The position numbers and the translations under genes were made by a program. A DNA stretch of 64,000 bases from Marsupella aquatica (taxonomy: Eukaryota; Plantae; Marchantiophyta): contig OZ316896.1 of the NCBI GenBank assembly GCA_973895155.1, positions 19,022,754 through 19,086,753 of the forward strand, written 5' to 3'. Positions 25,610 to 36,576 of this stretch are shown here, in pieces. The notes under the pieces were generated by a model. That model was not told the DNA's origin. It did no database searches and was given only the letters and a program-made list of their open reading frames with translations. Every line of letters begins with the position of its first letter. Positions within the stretch are counted from its first letter, which is position 1.

Positions 25610-27535
25610 CTAGCTCAATACCTGTGCGTTGCACAAAAGATGTCGTGTCACCCAAGATGTTATTAAAACCCCGGTTAAGACAAAAAGATGTTGTGTCGCC
25701 CAAGATGTCATTAAAAAAATATGCACTGTCGCCCAAGATGTCGTTAAGATTTTGTGTTGCCCAAGATGCCATTAAGGAAAAAAGGTGTGGTGTCGCCCAA
25801 GGTGTCGTTAAGAAATAAAATGTCGTATCGCCAAAGATGTCCTGAAGAAAACTAATGTCGTGTCGCCCAAGGTGCCATTAAGAAAAAAGATATCGTGTCA
25901 CCCAAGATGTAGTTAAGAAAAAAATATTGTGGCACCCAAGATGTACTTAAGAAAAATATGTGGCACGACATGACATTACGTGGCACCCAAGATGTTGTTT
26001 ATAAAAAAGATGTTGTGTCACCCAAAATGTCGTTAATAAAAAAGATGTTGTGGCACCCAAGATGTTGTTAAGAGAATAGTTGTCGTTAAGACAAAAGTTG
26101 CACAAAAGATGGTGTGGTGAGAAAAAGTAGTTGAAGTGAGAAAAAGATGTCAAGGGAGAGGAAAGATGTCGAGGTGAGAAAACAATGTCAAGGCGAGGAG
26201 AAGATGTCAAGGTGAACAAAGATGTTGATGAGAAAAAGAGATGTCAAGCTGAGAAAAAGAAGAGCAAAAAATATGTCAAGGAGAGAAAAGATGGCAATGT
26301 GAGAAAAATATGTGGAGATAAGGGAAAGATGTTGTGGGGAGATAAAAATGTGAAAGTGAGGAAAAGGTCCGATGTCAAGGTGAAAACAAATGTCAATTCA
26401 ATGAGAAAAAGAGATGTTGAGGTGAGGCAAAGAAGTCAAGGTGAAAAAAAGATGTCCAAGAGAGCAAACATGGAAAGGTGAGAAAAAGATGTAAAGATGA
26501 GGAAAAAATGTTGAGGAGAGAAAAGATGTTGAGGGTGAGGGAAAGATGTTGTGGTGAGAGAAAGATGGTAAGGTGAGAAAAAGATAAGATGTCGATGTGA
26601 GAAAAGATGTGAAGGTGAGGAAAAGATGTCAAGTCAAATGATAAAACATATGGAGGAGAGAAACAAAAAATCAAGGACCTAAAAGATATCGAGTCAGATG
26701 AGAAAATATATGGAGGAAAGAAACAAAATCAAGGACCTAAAAGATGTCGAGGATGAGAAAAAAATTGTCTTGGTGAGATAAAGATGTAAATGTGAGGCGA
26801 GATGAGATTAGAGTTGTTGTGGTGGTGTTCAACAACTCATGCATTTGCACATAGAAATTGGAGACGCGAGATAATGGTCACTGTAGCATAGAGTCCAAGC
26901 ACAACCGAATGATACCAAAAAATTTGTTTTAAAACTTTTTTAGAGAAAATATTGTATACATTCTATTTATACTCAAGTTTTACCAAAACTCTAAGGGTAA
27001 TATCCAATTCTTTAAAACTCAATTTTAATAATTAGTTTTTAATTAATATTCAATAAATTTGTTATCTTTGTCAAGTTTGGGGGTAGGCTAGGGGTGGCTT
27101 GGTTAGCTTGGGCAGAGGTAATTGAGATTAATAGGAGTATGGATGGATCCAGCGGTTGCAAAAAAAAATAATTTCAAGTAAGGGCTAAGATTTGTTCCCA
27201 TTTTTTCTTGAGTTTGTAAATGTACCCTTTCTAGAGTAAATGGTATTATAGTGACTTATAGTGCACTCAATATTGTTTTCTTGGGTATCTATGATGGTAC
27301 AGTCAGGTTTCTCCTTGATACTCCTGCATACAATTGAGTTAGTTTCATTCTTGTCTTTTGTCTCACCATTTGATTCCCTTTTGTGTGAAAAACTTTACTG
27401 TACTTTTGGCCCACTCTATATTTAATTCGTTTTTGGTTTTATCCCTTGTGTCTATTGATTACCTTTTTTGTTGGCACTGCATTTTTGAATGATGACCACG
27501 GGGAAAAAGCCGCAACAGTGTATTATAGTTTAGGA
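25610..27535 (-). mobile_element. Non-autonomous Helitron-like element (~1.9 kb) filled with tandem arrays
   Basis: Minus-strand 3' end TGTGCAACGCACAGGTATTGAGCTAG|T and candidate 5' end A|TCCTAAACTATAATAC. Internal ~37-bp (TGTCGCCCAAGATGTCGTTAAGAAAA..) and ~19-bp arrays at 25635-26800. Confidence 0.6.
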
Positions 27536-27945
27536 TGTGAGTTATAAGATCGTTAATAATGGCAGGACAATCATACTGCTCCTCTTGTGATATGGTTACT
27601 TGTGAGTTCTAAAATTAATTATGGCAGGACTATTATTGCACTCAGGTACACAATTATCTGCGACCTTCAGAATTGCTCAAAACGTGCATTTGAGGACTGA
27701 TGCAACTCGTTGAGGGACTAAACAAGCATCAGGGCGAATCGAAATCTTCACATCATCAATTTACATATCATAATGGTGAACATTGGATTTGAGTCATTTA
27801 TACAATCATAAATTATGGGGATGAGCAAGAATGGTACACTCACAATGTGTCTCATATGGTGGTATTCCTGAGGCAGAGCATAGTTGGCCTGTTTGTGCAC
27901 ACATAAACCAAAGTACCCTTAATGTTTACCAATGGTTCTGTGCTG

Positions 27946-29891
27946 TGTCACTTGCCTATCCAACGATTAATACGTGCAAACCGTACTTTTCTTCGCTTAA
28001 ACTGTTGGTATCGTATTACGGGGTCATGGAGGGACGCTATTTGGAGGATTTTCACACCTAAGGATGAGTATGTTTGATTCCGCTCCCGGAAGTGTACTTT
28101 TTGATCAAGTCTACCGACTGGGCTCTCCGTTTTTGATAAAGTCCAAGGGACTGGTCCTACCATCTACAACTCATGCCCACCGGGTGAGTGCTGTCACCAC
28201 CCCCCTCTCATGGGCAAGCATACAAACGTTTACAATAAGGTTTGAACACTAGTGACAAGGGCAAATGTTTCCACAACGAAACCGACCACATGCACTAGGG
28301 GAGGAAAACAAACAACACAAGCAACAACAAGTGACACAAAATATTGGAACCTCAAGCCAAATCCATATCTCTTGGTGTTTCCCGTAACACATGCAAGGAC
28401 AACCCGGCCTCTTGCCGTTTGCCCAACTCCTGCCTCCCTGGGACAAGTGCTACGTTCTCTACCTCACTACTCTGGCTTGAACTTCACCTAATCGGTGCGC
28501 TACTCACAAAAGCTACTCAAAAGCATCAAAGCACTATGATGAGTTCCCCCTGGATAGCCCTCCTCCTCCTGATCATGAAGCACTCAACCGCTCTTGAAAC
28601 GGACATCGGACGACCAAGTTATGGTCGTTTCAGTATCCCGTAAACCCAATTTCATCGGGCCCTAACTTACTCATCCTGGCTCCGTTTGAGGAGTGCCGCC
28701 TCTTGTTGGAATCAGCTCCGCGAGCTCTTTCCAACAAGCCCATGAGTGCATCCTTCAAAAAAGTTTCAAAATCCAGAGGTCGTACGACAGGTCCGTACGG
28801 CTACCCTAGTCTTCATCCTCTTCACTCACGGTGCCATGGCTTGAGCCCCGTGAGTTGGTCTCTTCATCAGTCCTCCTCCTCCTCACTCACGGTGCCCTGA
28901 CTTGAGCCCCGTGAGTTGGTCTCCTCATCAATCCTCCTCCTCCTCACTCACGGTGCCCTGACTTGAGCCCCGTGAGTTGGTCTCCTCATCAATCCTCCTC
29001 CTCCTCACTCACGGTGCCCTGACTTGAGCCCCGTGAGTTGGTCTCCTCATCAATCCTCCTCCTCACTCACGGTGCCCTGACTTGAGCCCCGTGAGTTGGT
29101 CTCCTCATCAATCCTCCTCCTCACTCACGGTGCCTTGGCTTGAGCCCCGTGAGTTGGTCTCCTCATCAGTCCTCCTCCTCCTCACTCACGGTGCCTTGGC
29201 TTGAGCCCCGATCCTCCTGTTCGCCACCACCGGTTCGTTGTAAAAGGAGGGGGCCCCTTCTACGGTGGGAAAGGGAAAGAGAGCAAAAAAAACATGTGAG
29301 GACCACACAAAGGGTGAAGGGGAACACAAGTGTGGGAACCCCTTCCTTCTAAGGGCCCTCCCACCATCACTACTCCAAGATTGTCTAGTTTGCTGTTTTA
29401 CGGGCGTTGAGGTCCCTCGAGATGTCACTGTTTGATATAGACCTAAAATCAACTAGAGAACCTCATTTTCGCATGGGGCTCATTGAGGGCTTCAAAATGA
29501 ATCCAAACATGACCATGTTTGGAATAGTACTAGTGCAGCAACGTTTGTTTTAAGTTTCAACGTTTTCTATATTTTGGTCATTCTTCCCGTTTTGCGCCTT
29601 ATGTGGAGCCTCCGACCAGCCCCCACCCCTCCAAGATGCCCACAGCATGGCTCCAAGTCCTTGGGCTGCCTTGTGGCCTCCTTGTGCCCCCTCAATGGTT
29701 CCCTTGTCATACATCACCGCCCGACACCCCTCTCAACTTCGGCCTCCGGTTGTCGCATCCATTTATTAGAACTAACAAAAATTAAAAAATTTGAAAATCC
29801 AAACACTTTTACTACATCTACTTGTCTTTCTACTTATATATACAATTATAAGTCATCACTAAGTTACTACCGGGTTTGGGGCCTTGTCACA
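27946..29891. mobile_element. Solo LTR (1946 bp)
   Basis: Begins TGTCAC and ends TCACA (TG..CA). Perfect 5-bp TSD TGCTG at 27941-45 and 29892-96. No internal coding domain. Confidence 0.85.
28822..29212. repeat. Tandem repeat of ~58-61 bp, about 6.5 copies, inside the solo LTR
   Basis: Unit CTCACTCACGGTGCCCTGACTTGAGCCCCGTGAGTTGGTCTCCTCATCAATC(CTC)n. Confidence 0.95.
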
Positions 29892-30078
29892 TGCTGGCAG
29901 TATTCCTGAGGCAGAGCATAGTTGACCTGTTTGTGGCACACATAAATCAAAATACCCTTAATGTTTACCAATGGTTCTGTGCTGGCCATTTCGTGTAAAT
30001 GGCCTCCCTTCCCTCTCCAGATATGCAGGTGGACATGCGGTCAACCTTAATCCGCAGTAATGGACTATTATTACTATA

Positions 30079-30563
30079 TATAGCATGTTCATCCTGGAAC
30101 ATGCTTGAGTTTTTGTCTTGTAGTGATTTGAAAGGAAATAAAATATGAAAACATAACTAGAAGGATTGGTGCACAGTGACCAATGAAAAGTACAATCAAG
30201 GATGCTACCATGTGTGCACTTAATTCAATAAATGACATTCCAATAAAAACCATAAACTTAGGAAAGAAAGACATGAGGGGAACCTAACACACAATCAGAA
30301 TTATTTCTCTCATTCATGAGAATGTTCAAGTGGTGGAACTGTTCATTTCATCTCTAATAAATCACAAACATTAAAATTTATAAGGGGGCTGCCAAAATAA
30401 GTTCAAAATACTTTAGAATCCTAAAAATTAAAGAGGTCCATAAATTAATTTAAAATGTATATGATACACAGGTTGCCACTTGATATGGCACATTGAAATA
30501 AAAATATATGACAACAAAACTCTGAATAAGACAAAATCTGATAGATGGATTCACCATATAGCA
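30079..30563 (+). mobile_element. Non-autonomous relative of the HUH/Replitron element
   Basis: TATAGCA at both ends. Left end TATATAGCATGTTCATCCTGGAACATG matches 56267-56293. The right part (30370-30563) is patchily homologous to 61150-61282. Confidence 0.7.
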
Positions 30564-31225
30564 GTTTCAATATATTATAGCATATAGAGCCTCCTGTAAG
30601 CCTCGGTGCATGCACCCATTGACATATGGTTGATGCTATATTGAACTGGAGCAGTGTCAGCCCTGAACTTTACTCTAGTTCCATCCCACTTTACGGGATC
30701 CCTGAATTGTACTGTAGTTCCATCCAGTTTGCGGGATAACTAATGATTAAAATTTTAGTTCTGACATAAAACATGTCTTCATTGAGATCCTTATCAAAGC
30801 TACAAAAGATTTTTGTCATGTAAAATTAAGAATATTCTTGTATCCTAATGACAGTGGTGTAAACACTGAGTTTTCAGTACATACTTTGACCCATGACAAC
30901 TACAGTAACTTCCAATTTACTTCTTGAAATTAAAACAGAACGTTTTGCATAGGTTGTGTGAATATGGATGGTATATAGTAAGGTCCTCTAACATGTTTTT
31001 GGTGAGGCAACGTCCTCTAAAGAAGTGGGCTGACAAGTTCAAAGATTAGGAACGGTAACGTATGCAAATCAAACAGTGGAAACCGAAAGTCCTAAGGTGG
31101 GCCTAGATACCGTACTCACAGCAAAGTGTCTAGTCAGTAGCTTCGGACCCCTGTTTGGGCCCTGCTGGTAATCACACATCAAAATGTGGCTGCATTCATT
31201 GATTGAAAGGAAAAAACTAGGATTA

Positions 31226-31480
31226 TCACGGTATGGAGGGGTGTCTTACGTCGTATATGTCATATTTTGATATGGAGGGGTGTCTTACATCGTATATGTC
31301 ATATTTTGATGTGCAGTTACCGAGACAACTAGGATTATCACGGTATATGTCATATTTTGATATGGAGGGGTGTCTTACATCGTATATGTCATATTTTGAT
31401 GTGCAATTACCAAGACAACTAGGATTATCACGGTATGGAGGGGTGTCGTACATTGTATATGTCATATTTTGATGTGCAGT
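31226..31480. repeat. Nested tandem repeats (~45 and ~100 bp units)
   Basis: TATGGAGGGGTGTCTTACATCGTATATGTCATATTTTGAT repeated 4-5 times. Confidence 0.9.
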
Positions 31481-33261
31481 TAGTGAGACCCCTTTTGGGT
31501 GAGACCCCTTTTGGGCTGAGTCAACTGCAGATAGCATTGAAGAAAGCGGGACCACTTGACTCCTAGAGACCTGCCAGAACATGAGAATCCAAACTGTTTA
31601 CGGCATATCTCACCAGATGAGTTGCAGATCTGTATAAGAGTAGCAATTGGGAAAAACCAACCATTAGGATTACGCGGAATTGCGGATGAGGCCTGGTGTG
31701 CACGGATGAGGCCTGGTGTGATAAATGAACTGTGTACTCCTGTCCTTCCATAAGGTCCAGCAAATAGTAGCCCCAACTGCCCAACTTTACCGGAATGTCC
31801 CGGTTCTCCGGTAGCGGTTCTCTGATGTGTGCAGGCTGCAGTTGAATGGAATTTCTCCAAGAAAAAGCAGGGAGTTGTAAAACGAAGTGCACCCATCAGT
31901 TGAATCTTAGCGACATGCCAGAACATGAGAATCCAGACTGTTTTCGGGATATCGCCCCAGATGAGTTGACGCTCTTTACAATAGTAGCACTTGAGAAAAC
32001 CAACGATTGGGAGGAATTGTAACAAGCACCAGAGGCAATGGAGACAATGACAAGAATACGATTGACAGATGCTTTGTGACAGGTGGATCGAGGAAAATGT
32101 GATCGAGGAACTAAACTATAGATTTGGATATCAACCATTCATAAAGACAGACCACATGAGAAGACTAACTGTAACAAAGGGATGGAATGAAGGGAGTTCG
32201 GCCAAAAGGTAAACCAAATTCCACTCACGTTGTGCTTCGTTTTTATTGTTCTCACCAGAATGAGATTTGAATTTAGTTTGTCCTAACGAGATACACCGAA
32301 TCTCCAGTCTTCACTAGCAAAATGGATCGTCCTGAATACGGGCAACCTTAATCCAAGACAGACAGAAATCCCATTACGTGCCATAAGAACTTTTGAGTTT
32401 CAGACTCGAGAAGTGCCTCAAAGCTTGCTATGACGAGTCTAAAGGAAGCCATCGATCAACCAGCTTCTTTCTATCTGGAAGCATGGTTCCTAAGCCTTAC
32501 AAAGGAATACATTCAAATCGGGAATCAATTTGATTATCTCTACAATTCTGATTCCACGACTTGCTGGTTTCGGTACTTCTTGATACAATGCGGTGGGCAT
32601 TTTGAGCCCGACCGGAAAGAAACAGATCCGGTACAAAAACGAAATCAATCTTACACCCAAAATGACGCATCTTACACCTGAAAATGTGGTCTCATCGACA
32701 GCAACTGCATGCAACACCTTCAGTTCGTCTACAATTTTTAAGTTTCCGTGAAAGCCTATCGCCGAACGCTCCACTGAATTGAAGCTGGAACCATACATTC
32801 CCATGCCTATCTTTGTAACCCTTAGCACAGTTGTGGAATTTACTGTGGCCCCAATCTCACCCGAACATCTTAACAGCCTGTGGGAATGAAATACAATGAA
32901 GTTGAAGAGTGTACAGTGTACAGCCACGAAGACAAGTCCTTACACTGAAAAGAAGCGAGTGATGAGGACGCCAGGCATTTACATTATGTTGCCTGCTAAT
33001 CCTCTTCGGTTGACAAGAACGTCCACCTTTACTGTCAGTTCGACGCCGGTGTCTGATGCATTGTGGGAATCAATTGCCACTTCTTCCCCAGTGAGGTGAA
33101 GTGTGCTCTGTACACTTGGATCCCGTTCAAGACTCTCAAACAACTGCGCCGATCCTCAACGTTGAATGTAATTCATTGACAACTTGCCGGCGAAACAAGC
33201 CATCCTCAGGGAACGGAAGGATTGGTTAAACACGCTAGAATCCAAAGTTTTGTAAATCGAT

Positions 33262-34141
33262 CTAAAATATATAATACATGGGGTTGGGGAGCTTGAAAGT
33301 TCTCGTCCCAGCAGCAAATCCTTCGAGGTCACTCCACTGGTCACCGACGGACGTTCGTATCCGGTAGCCTTTCTTCTCTAGTGCAACTCTTCGGTTGGAT
33401 TTGTACTCAACTGCTGTTTCATGTGCCTCCTCTGGTTGCCTGTCACAAGAAGCGACATTACAAGGTCATTCAGGTTGCTTGCCGAATGAATAACAGTTTA
33501 GTAGAAATTTATCTTAACTTGTTCGGATACGGCCATCCTTCCTTTAGAAATTGAGTGCTGATTTGCAACTGAAGGATCTAGAACTAGGCCCAGGTTGATA
33601 CACGCAAGCGATTGAGCAGGTTTTACCTGAGGATTAGCTCAGCCCACTCGTCATATCCGGCGATTCGGAGGTTTTTGCTAGTTGCCTCTCGGGCCTCCTC
33701 ATCTCTCCCGGTGATGAAAATTATGGACCATCCGTTGCGTCGGAGCTCTTGGTATAACGATAGAACCGCTATCAGCGAAGGCTGCTCACTCTTTGACACG
33801 TACTGGTTGAATAGGGACTTCTGAAACTTCTCCACTCTGCATATTCAAAGTCCGTGTAGCACAGGATGTTAACAATTCTGACTGTCCAACGTGATAGACG
33901 TGTATACTACGTCACCACAAATTAGGTGTCCAAATGTTCCTCGACTCTAAAAGCGCTCGATTCAACACAGCTGATCTCCACGATCAAAAAAGCAGCTTCA
34001 AGCAAAAGCTTCTACTCGTATTTCATGGCTTGCAATTTGGCGGCATCATGCTCACTAGACAATTATTCTCTGTATCGTGCACAGAATGAATGTCCAGAGT
34101 AAAAGCTTCCAAACACAAGTTTTGCACCGCAAATAGTGGAG

Positions 34142-34199
<58 letters not shown>

Positions 34200-35071
34200 G
34201 AGGTGCTGTTGAACATACCCATAGCGATGATCGCGGTAGTACGGCATGTTGGAAAGAGCAGTCTCGTCGATGTCCAGCACAACGGCATCAAATTCGTCAA
34301 TGTGAGTGAAGGAGCGAAGGTAAGAGCGCGCAGCAGATACGGCTACTTGTACATCAGCCTGCGCGAAGACAGACTATTCGGTCAGGATGGCAATCGTAAA
34401 TGAAAGCACTATCCAAATAAGATACTTGGAAATGGTTCAAACTTGGAAACTTCCTATGAGAGCATCATTTTCGATATTAGAACTCCCATTCTGCTGATAA
34501 TCTTTCAGAACTGCAATAATTAAGATGCCAATGACACTGTCGGTGACAACATCAAGTTGATCAAAAAAATTGCGAGTCGGAGAAATCCCTAAAACTGGTC
34601 GCCTGTAAAATTTTAAAAGAAAAGAACGCATTGTTCGGAATTTCCCCGATGGGAGGCCTACAACGAATCGGACAACAGTACCTCATATTGGCCGTCGTCC
34701 ATGTAGGACCTGATGAAACCCTCGCAACGAGGGGGAGGCAGCCATCCCTGAATGTTGTTCATCTCCGCATTGATGAGAAAGCTTGAGCATTCCCTTTGGG
34801 TATTCACATCCCGTCCGTGGTCCATTTCTTTCAAGTACGAATTCACATAATCTTGGCATTGCGGAGGCGGAGATCCTTCAATGTCGGTCAGTCGTCCAAT
34901 CAATAGAAAATCTGCACACTCTCGTTCTTCCTCACTCTGCCGATCGTTCAACTCGATCACTTTATCGCTTTGGCACGCTCCTTGAGGAACCTCCTGGAGA
35001 AGTAGTAGCGTTGAAATTGCAAGAAACATTGACAGAGCTGATAGACCTACTCTTCCTGCTTGATCCTCCAT
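33262..35071 (-). CDS. HAD superfamily subfamily IIIB acid phosphatase (VSP-like), 4 exons
   Basis: N-terminal hydrophobic segment, then LDIDETALSNMPYY (DxD motif), FITGR, NLRIAGY, KSNRR..KKGYRI..VGDQWSDL and TFKLPNPMYYIF*. Approximate exons: 35071-34682, 34358-34219, 33837-33627, 33440-33262. Confidence 0.93.
34146..34198. repeat. (AG)n microsatellite in a phosphatase intron
   Basis: About 26 perfect dinucleotide units. Confidence 0.98.
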
Positions 35072-36234
35072 TGCTTAATCGTGATGACCAGACCGCCTTC
35101 AATTGCAGCGATTCAGTCCCGGTCCAGTTGGTGAAGAATTCGACTTCGGAGACCTCCGAATCCGTTTCAACATTCAAGAACGCGTCTACTTCCGTCGTGC
35201 ACACGCAGGCTTCTACGGCTCGTTAGCTTGAATGCTATGTTGTCACAAAGCATGCATTCCAATGTTAAGAAGGCGCAGTGCTGCTTCGGTTGTGCCCTCC
35301 CTGCTTCGAAGACTTCCGTAAGAGTTGCAAGTTCCCTTACAAAACGAGAGAGTAGCTGAACGCACCAACACCACCATACACCAAAATAAACACCGTAATA
35401 TAAGTGTTCTCCTATCTGCAACCGCGCACCAGAAAGATGTACCACTTGAAAGAGCTTTCTGAAGTAATGGATCTCCAAATCAAAAGCACAGTGTAACGAG
35501 CCTTGCACCAGACGCGACGGGTGGCCTCCTCCTCCACTGTTTCAATCCAGAGCTTCAGAACCCAACAGTAATGATGCCTTCGCCCTGGACCCAATTCTCC
35601 CCGCCTCCATCAAATTGCCCGAGACAGAATACAGATCGGGCAATCTCTGGACCCAATTCCGAAAAGCACACTTCAGATCCAACAGGAATGATGCCTTTCC
35701 ACGAGACCGATGAATTGAAGATGTGACAAGTAAGACTGTCACCCACAAACCAGGGAACTGTATTTGAAGGCGAAGAAGCATGACCCACAAACGTCCAGAA
35801 TTGTGAGACCGAAAAGGCGAAAGGGAGAGGATGGAGAGCCGATTCACGGAGAGTAGAGGAGAAGAGTTCTCGACAGGTGCGCGAACGTGTCATTGATGGA
35901 GGACATTGGCGGTTTCTGTTCGTGGCCCACCCTCGCCGTCCAATCGCTTGCTCTAGGTGGAGGTCCAGGAGCACAATCCATGATTCGTCCTCCAGATCCG
36001 TCCTGTCGATGCTTGGGCCCAGGAAGGACACTGATGACTGATGAGGCATTACTGCAGGACCACCGTCTGCCATGGAATGGCGTTTTGCGCTGGCGTTGTG
36101 CCATTCAGTCGTCTCGATTGTCATCCTGACAAAGCAGCGAACCTCGAACGCGTTTTGAAGCTCAAGCCACGTCTTTCATCGGCGTTCTGTGACCCAAAGG
36201 AAAGGAAAACAGATGCCTTCGCGCCCAAAGAAAG

Positions 36235-36576
36235 TAATTACAGTCGAGTACTGTAAAACTGTACAGCAGTAAGGCGTCCGTTGAGTAAAGGTCTTAAGGT
36301 CATCACGCCATTGCTTACGTGTCGCAACCAATCGTGACCAATTCTAGGCTCTCACGTGTAAAGTTGTATTACATGTAACTGTATACAGTTAGTCTCTCTC
36401 TAAGTGCACAAAGACGGTAATTACAGTCGAGTACTGTAAAGCAGTAAGCGTCCCTTGAGTAAAGGTCATTACGCCATTGCTTACGTGTTGCAACCAATCT
36501 TGACCAATTCCAGGCTCTCACGTGTAAATTTTTACTACATGTAACTGTATACAATTAGTCTCCCTGTAAGTGCACA
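36235..36576. promoter_or_regulatory. Tandemly duplicated ~160-180 bp block with CCAAT boxes and ACGT-core motifs
   Basis: Copies at ~36235-36410 and ~36417-36576. Each contains TTACGTGT, two CCAAT and CACGTG. Confidence 0.5.

Noticed and set aside
28822-29212. Regularly spaced repeats suggestive of a CRISPR array
   Set aside because: The units are contiguous with no unique spacers, and they lie inside a eukaryotic solo LTR.
35555-36124. 189-aa minus-strand ORF upstream of the phosphatase
   Set aside because: No family motif was recognised and it cannot be joined to the phosphatase frame, which has a stop just before ATG 35071. It may be 5' UTR/uORF.
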